A DNA stretch of 64,000 nt from Octopus sinensis (Eukaryota): the NCBI RefSeq assembly GCF_006345805.1, contig NC_042997.1, positions 90,334,001 to 90,398,000 of the forward strand, read 5' to 3'. Position numbers and translations under genes: made by a program. The notes beneath the pieces are model-generated. The model was not told the origin of the DNA. It searched no databases and worked only from the letters and a program-made list of their open reading frames with translations. Positions 14,043 through 26,449 of the stretch are shown piece by piece; position 1 is the first letter of the stretch; the number at the start of each line of letters is the position of its first letter.

Positions 14043-14227
14043 TATATATATAATATATATACATACACACACATACACGCACTTTTTTCAGTTGGTTTGC
14101 CCGATGCGATAGTAGATATCACTTGCCTAAGGTGCCTTTCAGTGAAGCCAGAACGATGTGGTTGTGAAGCAAGTTTCTTACCACATAGCCACGCCTCTCT
14201 CTCTCTATCTCTCTCTCTCTCTCTCTT

Positions 14228-14315
<88 letters not shown>

Positions 14316-14807
14316 TCATATATAAAATACATCAAGTACAGGACATCACCAACGAGTGAAAAATACGTAAACACATAATGAGAGACAAGTACAGAACAAA
14401 ATACCAAAAGAAGTCTAACCCCTCCTCAGTTGTCGACTGTTAATTACTCCCTGTTTCGAACTTTCAACGAGAATATAGGAAAACTCCATAAAACAGCAGC
14501 AACCAGAAATGTTTAAAATATAAAATTTCCGGAGAGTTAGAGCTTTGAATGAACAAACATTGACAGAGGGGACGTACAGAGTAAACAATCGACGAAGGCA
14601 AACATTACGGGCAGTTAGGGTAAGACGCATTGTAATGGGTAACGTCTGGGAGAAAATTTTGAAAGGATATAGAATAAATACAAGAGAAAAAAGGATAGAA
14701 AAAAAAGAGAGAAAAAATCAGGAGGCGAGAAGAAATGACGTCCAGCTAAGTACGCGTCGCGTCCAGAAAGGACAGAGGTGAAAAAAATGTATGTATATAT
14801 GTTTGTA

Positions 14808-14858
<51 letters not shown>

Positions 14859-14859
14859 A

Positions 14860-15279
14860 ACTCTTTAACTCTTTACCTTGTTTCAGTCATGTGACTGTGG
14901 GCATGCTGGAGCATCGCCTTTAGTCGAGCAAATCGACCACAGGACTTATTCTTTGTAAGCCTAGTACTTATTCCATCGGTCTCTTTAGCCGAATCGCTAA
15001 GTTACGGGGACATAAACACACCCCCATCGGTTGTCAAGCGATGTTGGGGTGGGGGGACAAACACAGACACACAAACATATACACACACATACATAATTAT
15101 ATACATATATATATATATATATATACGACGGGCTTCTTTCAGTTTCCGTCTACCTAATCCACTCACAACGCTTTGGTCGGTCCGAGGCTATAAAAGAAGA
15201 CGCTTGCCCAAGGTTCCACGCAGTAGGAATGAACCCGGAACCATGTGGTTGGTAAGCAAGCTACTTACCACACAGCCAC

Positions 15280-15281
<2 letters not shown>
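14860..15281 (-). mobile_element. SINE family S2 (tRNA head, CORE-like domain, internal microsatellite, CR1-like 3' tail), full length
   Basis: Minus strand has the GTGGCTGTGTGGTAAG head, a GGTTC box, ACCTTGGGCAAG (matches the CORE/MIR core motif), GGAAACTGAAAGAAGCCCGTCG, and an end reading GGCGATGCTCCAGCATGCCCACAGTCACATGACTGAAAC. Confidence 0.9.
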
Positions 15282-15327
<46 letters not shown>

Positions 15328-16271
15328 ATATATATATATGCATATGCAAACATATTTCTGTATACCTTTAAAGTAAGTACTTTGGTTCTATGTATATAAA
15401 TGAATGTATACGCCCTAATACACACAATCGCACGCATACATGGACAGTAAGAACATCAAACTGAAGAGTACATCTGAAGTAATTTCAATCGTGCGTAATT
15501 CCATATAATGTTCAACAAAAATTCACAAACAAAATTATCAATAGTTTAGGATTATGTCGTGCGATAAGACTTGAAGAGAAAAAAGATGAAAGGAAAAATT
15601 TTTTTAAAAAATCTAATCCACCCTATACTGCTGCATAACACATATATACATACATATATGTAATTATATTAACATGAATTTATTGTTTTAGCAAAGAATT
15701 TTAGCTAATACAATAAATCTGTTAAATAAAATTATTCGGTGATCAGTTATCTATATAAGTGACGTTCAGTTCTCTTCAGAGTTCGCTCTCCCCGATTTTT
15801 GACTCAATACATACATATATGCATGCATACATACATACATACATACATACATACATACATACATACATACATACGTACAGACAGAGAGACAGACAGACAC
15901 AGACACACACGTATGTATGAATGTATGTATACACAAACACACACACACACACACACATATATACATATCCATACACACACGCACGCCTACACACACACAC
16001 GCACACACACACACACATATATATATACACGAGTGAGTTGACAACGAAAGAAGGGCGCTCAAGACATTTATTGGGAGTTACATGTATAGATCGAATCAGT
16101 TTCATTCAGACTCCTTCGTACTCTGAGTTTCAAGCGTATGGCTAGTCTTCAGCCACTAGGGTTTGAATGAGACCCTAATGGCCGATGCTTGCTTGAAACT
16201 CAAAGTACCAATGAATCTGAATCAAACTTTTTTGATCTATCTCCCCACCTATCTCTCTCTCTCTCTCTCTC

Positions 16272-16307
<36 letters not shown>

Positions 16308-16403
16308 ATAAAACGGTAAGATAACAAAAGAAAGAAAGAGACCTCAATATTATGTAAATAGAGGAAATTTATCTATACAATATGTTACATTACTCGGTAG
16401 TCA

Positions 16404-16466
16404 AGATAAAACTCTGAGTTTCAGATGCCGAAGTGGAAATCCACAACACCATCTCTTCGGTTATCT
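16404..16466 (-). ncRNA. Variant type I hammerhead-ribozyme-like motif in the PLE 3' end
   Basis: Stem I AGATAA/TTATCT; core CCGAAGA (U4C); stem II GATG/CATC plus one extra T; GAAAC; stem III ACTC-A-GAGT; GUU cleavage triplet. It is in sense orientation to the PLE ORF. Confidence 0.55.
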
Positions 16467-16659
16467 GGCTATTTGAAAACGTTATGAAAAAATACCGTTA
16501 AAAATGAAGGGAAATTACTCTGTTATAACTCTGCTTTGCCTGTGTACTTATACATCGCTCGCATTTTTCGTCATAAAAATTATATAAAAATACATAAAAA
16601 TATATAAAAATATATAAAAATATATAAAATCTTCTTGGGACATTACACAGAAAGCATGT

Positions 16660-17900
16660 TCTATCCGTTTTCTTTAGGGGACCAAAAACGTAACAGAAAT
16701 TTAGTCACATGTGGGCATGATCCGAAAAGCTCTGTCCTTGTATTTAGACATGTGGTAGGGTCTAAGCTGCTTTTCCAGATAAGCCATCTCTCCATGTCGC
16801 ATAAACCGCACCTTCCGCTGCCGTGGTATAGGGCTTACATCTGGCCAAAATCTTCCATTGTATGTTATAATCGACACCTTTATCTCTTAAAGACCAAATA
16901 TGATTGGATAATTGTGTCGCTTTTCTTTTGTTCCAGTGCCTAAAGCTCAAAGTGTGGTTATTGAACCTGGCCTTGAAATTACCCTCTGTCAGGCCCACGT
17001 ATTTCTTCGTCGAAACGGTGTCTTTAGTGGTTATAGAGTTTACGGTAGCTTCATATATGATGGTCTTGGACATGCAAGCTCCATTTAGCGGGCACAATTC
17101 TTTATTCCTGCATGAACAGCTGTTTTCTTCTTGTGTTTTTTGTATGTTATGATTGATTATGTTTTTAAAATTGGTAGTTGAACTAAAACTAATTTTTAAA
17201 TTGTGTCTATTGAAGAGTTTCCTATAAGCATGGTTAACTGGAAAATGTCTATCTATCAGTGCTAGGAAATATTTACCTATATTGAAGGCCACCTCGGGTG
17301 AGTAAACCAGATGACCTTCCTACTTCTATTATTCCTTTTCCTTATTGTTGGGCTGGTGATAGGTGTATATTTTATTTTTTCGCTAAAACCACTATCTTTT
17401 AAAGCTTTATTATAAACTGGGGCAACGCTATTGAAGATGTCCTCATTAGATGAGAGGCTAGAAATCCTCTTACTAATATTTTTAACTAAATTTTTGAATA
17501 CTATAGGGGGATGGCATGAACCTACATTAATATAACTTAGTCTATCATTGGGCTTCCTATAAGGCTTATAAATATTATTATTAAGATCTAAGGAAACGTC
17601 TAAGAAATTGACAACCGTCAGGTTAGTGTCTATAGTTATACTAAGTCCGAAGTGTTTCATTAACTGGATAATATCCTTCCTAAAACGATCTTGTGCTGGT
17701 CCATTTGTATTAGCTGTTAAGGCGAGGGCATCATCTTTGTAGATGGCGAAATGTACGTTAGGGAATGTCTTACCGAAGATATCTAGGAGAAAGAGTCCAA
17801 TTAGATCACAGATGCCTGCCCCATCATATGAACCCATGCTCACATCGAAAGCGCCCTCCGTGTCGGTGTTTTTTACCCACTTTGCATTCTCACTGAAAAG
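16660..17900 (-). pseudogene. PLE RT-GIY-YIG polyprotein remnant, frameshifted near 17290 and 16790
   Basis: ORF track entries 17277-17843 and 16762-17292 are overlapping frames of one protein. Confidence 0.88.
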
Positions 17901-17982
17901 TAATGTCTATATACATACATATACATGTAAATATACATATACACACACACATATATATATATATATACACATATGTATGTAT

Positions 17983-18013
<31 letters not shown>

Positions 18014-18306
18014 GTGTATTATATATATATATATATATATAATATATATATATCTATATATATATTATATATATATATATATATATCTATATATATATAT
18101 ATACACATATATGTATTATGTAGTATGTATGTATGATATGTTTAGATATAGAATTTACTTCATCAAGCTGTATTAATGTGCTTTTCTTAAAATGATTTTT
18201 TGACATAGTAAACAATTTTCAACTTTTTTCTGAATCATTAGATACTTACATATATATATATTTATGGGTGTGTGTGTAAATGTATCTATAGGTATTTTAT
18301 GTAAAT

Positions 18307-18364
<58 letters not shown>

Positions 18365-19392
18365 GTACGTGCATATTTATATATATATATACAAATATAT
18401 ACGAATGAGTGTGTATATGTTTATATATGTATACGTAAGTACTTGTATGCGCGCATGCGTTTGATTGTAAATGCGTGTGCACCTGCGGGTACTTATGTGC
18501 GTGTGCATATATATATACGTGTATGCGCACGCATATGCGTGTATGAATACATATATAGATGCGCGTGAACATGCATGTGTATATATGCGTGTGTATGTAT
18601 AGGCGTATGTATATGTCTGTATATATGCGTGTGTGTATAGGTATACATATTCGAAAATATATATGAGTGCATGCGTATGTATGCCCATTATACCTTCTTT
18701 CCTCCTCTTCTATTCTTACCTATCACTAATCTATCACATACGTCTATTTATAGTTATTCCACATCCTTATATTCTTCGCTCCACCTTAAATTTTACTAGC
18801 AAAACTACTACTCACTCCTGTATCACATCACCCATACCTTTTCTCTACCTTTTCTCGACCCATCTCTTAATACAGCTCCGTCATATATCTCACATTGTTT
18901 TACTCCTTACCTTCTTATCTCTTCCTATTCCTCCACTGCACCTCTCCCATCGTCCCATCACATTATCTTGACCACCAACTAACACTCCCTTTCTCACTTC
19001 TTTCACCCTTTCCTCACTCTTTTTTTCACTGCTTTTTTTCTCCATACCTTTTTCTTTTTTCACTCTTTTTCTGTTTTCTTTTTTCTCTTTCTTCTTCTCA
19101 TTTTCTCTTCTTGTTTTAAATTTGACCTATCTCCTATTTCTAATCATACACATCTCTCATCCCTCCGTCTATCTACAAATACTACGAATACATTCTCAAA
19201 TTTCATTCACACCACAAAACCCTTTCGAACGAGCAACACTGATTCTACGGATCCATAATTTGAAATGACTAAACATGAACTGCTATTGGAACTTACATAC
19301 CATGCACAGGAAACTTTTTTTACGACATCAATACACCATTTTCCTCGAATAATGGAACTGAAAATACAATATCTTTATATATTTTATTCCTC

Positions 19393-20240
19393 TTAGGTTG
19401 TCAAGAAAGTTCTTGCGGAATTTTAAATTTTGGTTTTAAATGTATTTTCAAATTTTTCAAATTAATTTTCGTTAAATTACTTTGACTTTATATATCATTT
19501 TTAAAGCCCGTTTTTCGCTCTATCTAATTGTGTTACTCTTCTTCTATTTGAATAGTTAGGCCATTTTTTCCTGAACGTTGAAAACATGTACAAAAAGCAA
19601 ATTCGTACAATTTTCTTATTACAGTTCAAGCTAGGCCGAAAAGCTGCTGAAACAGCTCGCGATATCAACGATGCGTTTGGCCCAGCAACCACTAATGAAC
19701 GTACAGCACAATGGTGGTTTAAGAAATTTCGTAGAGGTGACGAGAGTCTTGAAGATGATAAGTGTAGTGGTCGGCCATCGGATGTTGACAACGATCAACT
19801 AAGAGCCTTAGTGGAAGTCAATCCAAGCACAACTGTTCGAGAGCTTGCTTCTGAATTAGACGTAACGTATGCAATTTCCAACTACTTGAAAGAGATTGGA
19901 AAAACAAAAATACTTGAGAAATGGGTACCGCACATATTGAACGACAACCAAAAAATAAAACGCCGTTTTGAAGTGTCGTCCTCCCTTCTCTTACGTAACA
20001 AGAACGACCCATTTCTCGACCGGATTGTGACTTGCGAGGAAAAGTGGATTCTTTACGACAACCAGCGTCGCTCAGCTTAGTGTTTGGACGCCGACGAAGC
20101 TCCACGGCACTTCCCGAACCCAAAGTTGCACAAAAGGAGGTCATGGTGATTGGTGGTCTGCGGCCGGTCTCATCCATCACAGCTTTTTGGATCCAGGCGA
20201 AACCATTACGTCGGAGAAGTACTGTCAGCAAATGGATGAT
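19393..20240 (+). mobile_element. Mariner DNA transposon (Hsmar1/cecropia-like), left TIR plus truncated transposase
   Basis: TIR TTAGGTTGTCAAGAAAGTTCTTGCGGAATTT resembles the Hsmar1 TIR. No right TIR is seen; the element is cut at about 20240. Confidence 0.92.
19586..20240 (+). pseudogene. Mariner transposase pseudogene
   Basis: HTH motifs AAETARDINDAFG and QWWFKKFRRGDESLED, then KWVPH and LDRIVTCEEKWILYDN (catalytic D to E). Stop at 20078-20080; frameshifted afterwards. Confidence 0.9.
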
Positions 20241-20326
20241 CACCATGTCGCGCACATATGGTTGTGATGCATGTGCCTCAATTTGTACCCCAGTGTCACT
20301 TTGATGGCATGCACTGCTTTCTCACT
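20240..20326 (+). mobile_element. 3' fragment of the same unclassified repeat as 4116-4634, followed by a (GAA)n tract
   Basis: Reverse-complement similarity to 4116-4240. (GAA)n runs from 20327 to 20425. Confidence 0.65.
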
Positions 20327-20444
20327 GAAGAAGAAGAAGAAGAAGAAGAAGAAGAAGAAGAAGAAGAAGAAGAAGAAGAAGAAGAAGAAGAAGAAGAAGA
20401 AGAAGAAGAAGAAGAAGAAGAAGAATCCTTTCTCCTATAGATAC

Positions 20445-20638
20445 AGGGCTTGAAATTTTGGAGGAAGAGGCTAGTCGATTACATCGACCCCAGTGCTCAA
20501 CTGTTACTTAATTCATCGACCCCGATAGGATAAAAGGCAAAGTCGACCTCGACGGAATTTGAACTCAGAACGTAAAGACGGACGAAATACCATTGAGCAT
20601 TTCGCCTGGCGTGGTAACGATTCTGCCAGCTTGTGGCC
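20445..20638 (-). mobile_element. SINE S1
   Basis: AAAGGCAAAGTCGACCTCGACGGAATTTGAACTCAGAACGTAAAGACG on the plus strand. Followed by (AAT)n at 20640-20726. Confidence 0.9.
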
Positions 20639-20640
20639 TA

Positions 20641-20702
<62 letters not shown>

Positions 20703-20726
20703 AACAACAACAACAATAATAATAAT

Positions 20727-21352
20727 GAGATACCTAACCCAAAGTAAGGAAACCTTTCTAGTGACAGTTAAGAAGGAGGAAATATTGAAAGCAGAGGAAA
20801 AAAGAATAAACCAAAGAAGTACAAAAAGGACACGAGGAGGAAGAATTACACGAGGTGGGGGGGGGGCTACACAATCAATTCCATGTAGCCACAACAGAAG
20901 TTGCTGGAAAAAAAACAGGTGAGATTGGCTGATGAAAGGAACCCTAAAAAGAGAGACCAAAAGCACTATACTGGCTGCGTAGGACCAAGCTTTGGCCACG
21001 AACTGGATGGTCAACCTTAGGAATGAGCAAGTGTCACCGATGTGTCGCATCTGCAATAGAGTAGATGAAACCATTGCCCATATCACGAACGAATGCCCTA
21101 GACTTGTCCAAAACCACTACAAGTTGTGGCGACACGACCAAGTAGCGAAAGTGCTACATGGGAAACTGTACGAAAAATGGGAGCTGAAGAGAGGCAAGAC
21201 GTGGTATCCTCTGGGATTTCCCAATCCAAACAGATCAGATGCTAGAGCATAACAGATCAGACCTAGTGCACTATATATGCTATATAGTTGATGCTGCATG
21301 CCCATTTGACCTACAAATAATCAAGAAGGAAGTGGAAAAGATAGATAGATAA

Positions 21353-21432
<80 letters not shown>

Positions 21433-21482
21433 GTAGATAGATAGATATATATATATATAGATAGATAGATAGACAGACAGAC

Positions 21483-21555
<73 letters not shown>

Positions 21556-21640
21556 CAACTCTCTTAAGTACGAAATAGCCCGGCTATGGAAAATGAAGAG
21601 GGTGAAGATAGTGGCATTGTTGGGCCCTTGGGAACAGCAT
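20727..21640 (+). mobile_element. R4/Dong LINE subfamily C, 3' part, interrupted by an (AGAT)n expansion
   Basis: WLMKGTLKRETKSTILAA*DQAL, CRICNRVDETIAHITNEC, RHDQVAKVLH, WDFPIQTDQMLEHNRSDLV, IVDAACPFD, then EKID[AGAT array][16 protein letters not shown]. Confidence 0.88.
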
Positions 21641-21684
21641 TAGGAGATATAAAGGAAATTCGTTTGCCTCTCTGGCACGGTCAG

Positions 21685-22886
21685 AATAATCTTTCAACAG
21701 CATACCTCATTCATGGATCTTGAAATCACTGGATATCTTCAAAATGTCTCCTGTGATTTCAAAGTTCCTGAAGCACAACATGTCAATGCGGAATACGACT
21801 CTAATGTACTACTGGATACAAAAATATTAATATCAACTGCGGCATTTTCCAAGGTGACTCACTTTCACCTTTAATTTTCTGCATAGCCCTAATATCCCCT
21901 ACAAGTGAACTTAACAGAACAGGGTATGGATATAAAATTGGCGACGAGAAAATAAGTCATCATTTTATATGGAGTACTTAAAACTCTATGGCAAAGACGA
22001 AAATGAGCTTGAAGCACTACTACGTACTGTGAAAACATCCAGTGATGACATCGGGATGGAATTGGTCTTGATAAATGTGCCAAGGCGGCAATTTTTCAGA
22101 AAGGGAAATTGAAGACCTCACATTCAGTGATGTTGGATGTTGACACAGTCATAAAAGAACTCGAGCAGGAACAAACTTACAAATACCTCGGAATAAATTA
22201 GGGCTCTGGCATTGAGCATGCAAATATAAAAGAGAAGATCAGGAAGGAGTGTTACAAGAGAGCTCGAGCAGTCAAAAAATCCGAGATAAATGTACGCAAC
22301 AAGGTGTTAGCTATAAATTCCTTAGCATTTCCAGTTGTTATTTAGTTTCAAAGTGTTAAACTGGAATATGAGCGAAATAAGGAAGATTGACAGGAAAATC
22401 TGTAAGCTGCTGACTTGCAATAAGATATACCACCCAAAGGCAGACGCAGATCGTCTTTATCTACCCAGAGCTCAAGGAGGTCGAGGCTTGATCCAATTTG
22501 AAATCTCCTACAAAACCATCACAATTGACCACATCATCTTTGACTGTCCAGGCCTTTCCAAATCTGAATATATATACAGGCACAACCGAATAAGCAGCTA
22601 TATCCACTGGATAATATGCCAACAGTTCATTAAATCTGACAATAGGTGATATAATTATGTGCAAAACAAGGTACAAAACAACGACCAGGCCACAATCATC
22701 TGGAATATGCCGGTTCGAACCGACAAAGAAATAAAAGCTAATCGCCCAGATATTATAATAATCAAGGATTGGGGAAAAAGCACCTGCTTACTGATAGACA
22801 CTGCAGTCCCTTTTGATCAAAATATTGACGAAAAAGAGATGGAGAAATTGTCGAAATACAAAGACCTCGAAACTGAATCCAAATAA
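21685..22886 (+). mobile_element. R4/Dong LINE (RT core, thumb and RLE) with internal deletion
   Basis: FNSIPHSWIL, GIFQGDSLSPLIFCIAL, FYMEYLKLYG (YMDD remnant), YKYLGI, DRLYLPRAQGGRGL; this joins directly to TIDHIIFDC..RHNRI and then IWNMPVRTDKEIKANRPDII. Confidence 0.9.
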
Positions 22887-23099
22887 CCAACGCATTGCAC
22901 ACTCAGCACAGAATACAAGCAATAATGCAACAAAAGACTGCACCACACCCCAAGAAAAAGAATATCTAACGCAATACAATATCGGGAAAAGCTTGCTTAC
23001 TACCAACAACAGAAAAGAACACACAATGTTGCACGTACTCCAGCAACATGGAGGTGTAGCAGGTGATGCAGTAGAAATTTGCCTCAAACTACCATAAAA

Positions 23100-23205
23100 T
23101 AATAATGGTGTCCGATTTAGGCACAAGGCGAAAATTTCGAGGGAAGTGAAGTTAGTCGATACCATCGACTCCAGTTCGTGAATGGTACGTTACTTTATCG
23201 ACCCA
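23100..23205 (-). mobile_element. SINE S1 3' half
   Basis: TTAGGCACAAGG, TAGTCGATACCATCGAC and TTTATCGACCC motifs. Confidence 0.6.
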
Positions 23206-24293
23206 GTCAAGAATAATAAGGATGTTGTACTATAAACCAAAGTTTATGATTTCGTATGCGGCGTATATCTTGGCTTATTAAGGTTTTTGGCTGCAACAAA
23301 ATAATGTTAGATATGGCGGTGTTACTGATATAGTTTTAAGGATAAGCTGGAGGTAGGGTGGAGATGTGATGGAGATGGAAAGTAGAGAGGGAGGGAGGGA
23401 GGAAGAATGTGGTGTGATGATGAGTTAAGGCGCTCGGGTGGTGAAGGGGCTTCCAAAAGGAAGATTAATAGAATCTACGAAGATATTGGCAACCAAGAAC
23501 CAAAATGAAATGAAGAAATCATGGATTGTGATTGACTATCAAAGAGAGTAATTAGAATTTGGCGAAGAATATTCTTAAATAGTGGTGGAGTGTTGTAATG
23601 GCGTCGGAGAAAATGAGGGATAGTGTGAGGTACTGGGATGAGAGAGAGAGAAGAGAGAAAGAGAAAGAGAAAGAAAGTGAGAGTATAAGAGAGAGTAAGA
23701 GTGGAAAGTATATGATATATATGTTGCTGTGTGTGTGAGTGTGTGTGTATGCGTGCGTGCGTGTGTGTATGCGTATGGGAGTGCTCGCCCGTGTGTGTGT
23801 GTATAGTGGGTGTAATGTTTATATTATCAGTGCTTAAACAGCAGAGATGTTAGTGCATGCACGTAACAAGAAATATTTACATGCGTACAATCCTACATAC
23901 ACGCATACACACGTTCGTGTTTGTGTGCATGTGTGTGTATGTCTGCATATGTATATGTACATTTACCTATGTATGTGTGTATACACATATATATATATAC
24001 TTATACATATATATATATATATATATATCATACGTATATGTATATATGTACAAATATATGTATGTGTATACATACACACACACACATACACACATATTTG
24101 TACATATATACATATGCGTATAACTATAAATATATTTGTATATTTAAGTAGATTATTATGAAGTATGTTGATTTGATAAATAGATAGATAGATGATAGAT
24201 AGATAGATAGATAGATAGATAGTTAGATAGGCGGACCTATACATATATAGATAGCTACATATATTATACACATACTGCATATATATATATATA

Positions 24294-24329
<36 letters not shown>

Positions 24330-24372
24330 AAGTATAGTATATATATATTATTTATATATATATACATATACA

Positions 24373-24421
<49 letters not shown>

Positions 24422-24521
24422 NNNNNNNNNNNNNNNNNNNNNNNNNNNNNNNNNNNNNNNNNNNNNNNNNNNNNNNNNNNNNNNNNNNNNNNNNNNNNNN
24501 NNNNNNNNNNNNNNNNNNNNN
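24422..24521. other. Assembly gap (100 N)
   Basis: Exactly 100 Ns, a typical placeholder for a scaffolding join of unknown size. Confidence 0.99.
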
Positions 24522-24764
24522 ATATTGAATCGGATTCCTGTCAATTGTCGATCTTAACTTTCCACGAAGCAGCGACAAATCTGATTTTGAACTCGGCACC
24601 ATTTCAATAGAAAACTAATAAAATAAAAATTAATAAAAACAAAATGTAAATGGATAAAAAAGCTATCGATATAAAAGAAAAACTAGCCAGGAAAATTCTT
24701 GCAATAAGAAAAAAATATATAGTTATAATGTGATAATAATAGCACAAGAAAAGGAATAACAGTA

Positions 24765-24824
24765 ATATTATTAGTGATAATGATGATAATGGGAATAATA
24801 GTAATAATAATAATAATAATAATC

Positions 24825-24875
<51 letters not shown>

Positions 24876-24951
24876 GTGCTGATGATGATGATGACGACGA
24901 CTACCATCACAATGGTGATGAAAGTGATAATAATAATAATAATAATAATAA

Positions 24952-24983
<32 letters not shown>

Positions 24984-25110
24984 TAATAATAATAATAATA
25001 ATAATAAAGAAAAAGCGATAACGGTGACGACGACGAAGAGGATGATGATGATGGTGATGATGATGAGGTAGAGGAGGAGGAGGAAGAAGAAGAAAAGAAA
25101 GAGGAGTGCA
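24765..25110. repeat. Compound (AAT)n/(GAT)n/(GAG)n triplet repeat
   Basis: Seen directly. Confidence 0.95.
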
Positions 25111-25244
25111 GACGGAAGGAAAAGTACAAAAAAAAAATGATTGACAAATATGGCGAAATTTGAAAAAATGAAAAAAACTTTAAATTCTTACGTCATTTCA
25201 TTTATTTACTTCGATGAAAATTAAGTCTACATAGGCATGTTTAA

Positions 25245-25288
<44 letters not shown>

Positions 25289-25709
25289 ATATATATATAT
25301 ATTACATATTCATATGTATATATGTATGTATGTATGCATGCATATATCTATATACGGATATATATATATATATATATACACATACTTATATAAAATTTAC
25401 ATATATATATGTATATATATATGTTTGTATCTATATGCATATATATATCTGTCTCTATATCTATCTATCATCTATATATCTGTTTATGAGTATGCGTATG
25501 TGTGTGTGTGACTATACACCTATACACATATTGAGCGATACAAATGCATATACATATATATACACTTATATATAATATATACATGTGCGTATAAATGCAT
25601 GCATATACATATATGTATATATATGTGCATATGTATACATATATGTATATATATGTATATATATGCATGGATATACATATATGTATATATATATGTATAA
25701 ATGTATGTC

Positions 25710-25770
<61 letters not shown>

Positions 25771-25944
25771 ATGTATATATGTATAGATGTATGCACTTAT
25801 ATATATTTATATGTATATGTATGTATGTATATATATATATATATATATGCATTTATGCGCATCTTTTCTGTCTGTCTGTATATATATATGTATATGCATA
25901 TATATATATACATATACATTTATATGCACATATCTATCATCTAT

Positions 25945-25983
<39 letters not shown>

Positions 25984-25989
25984 TTACTA

Positions 25990-26039
<50 letters not shown>

Positions 26040-26372
26040 TATATATATATATGCATTCATATGATATAAATGTGTGTGTATTTGTGTGTGTGTTTGTGTG
26101 TGTGTGTGTATGTTTGTAAGTATGTATGTATTGAATGTATATTTATGTATACATATTTGTAGTGAGAGGAAGAATGATGCCAGCTAGAGACATCCCAACC
26201 ACAGTCTACCTTTCTAGTATGGTTGAGAGTATCGTACAGCGCTTCTTTTTAATACATTTAGTATATTTTTTCTATCAATATGGCATCTATAAATTTATCT
26301 CACCTCTTCCAGTGCCAAGCTCCGTCAGGACTTATAGAATTATAGAATAGAAATCCAATTGCTATTATTGTA

Positions 26373-26439
<67 letters not shown>

Positions 26440-26449
26440 TGTTATTATT

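Larger units (their letters stand above)
16303..17900 (-). mobile_element. Penelope-like element (Neptune/Nematis-type), 5'-truncated: RT, GIY-YIG endonuclease, 3' pseudo-LTR
   Basis: FDVSMGSYDGA...IYKDDALAL (RT motifs B and C), NFLDVSLDL, YINVGSCHPP, CSCRNKELCPLNGAC, IIYEATV...KYVGLTEGNFKARFNNHTLSF (GIY-YIG). Confidence 0.93.

Noticed and set aside
19586-20080. SETMAR/Metnase gene
   Set aside because: No SET domain or exon structure; it has a TIR, a premature stop and a mutated catalytic Asp. It is an ordinary dead mariner.
20258-20453. Poly-Glu and poly-Lys ORFs
   Set aside because: They come from the (GAA)n tract following a retroposon fragment.
22886-23097. ORF continuation after the Dong fragment
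   Set aside because: No recognisable motif; could be another repeat fragment but is unassignable.
24522-24610. Short ORF (MVPSSKSDL...) running into the gap
   Set aside because: Too short, no known motif, and its apparent length comes from the N run.
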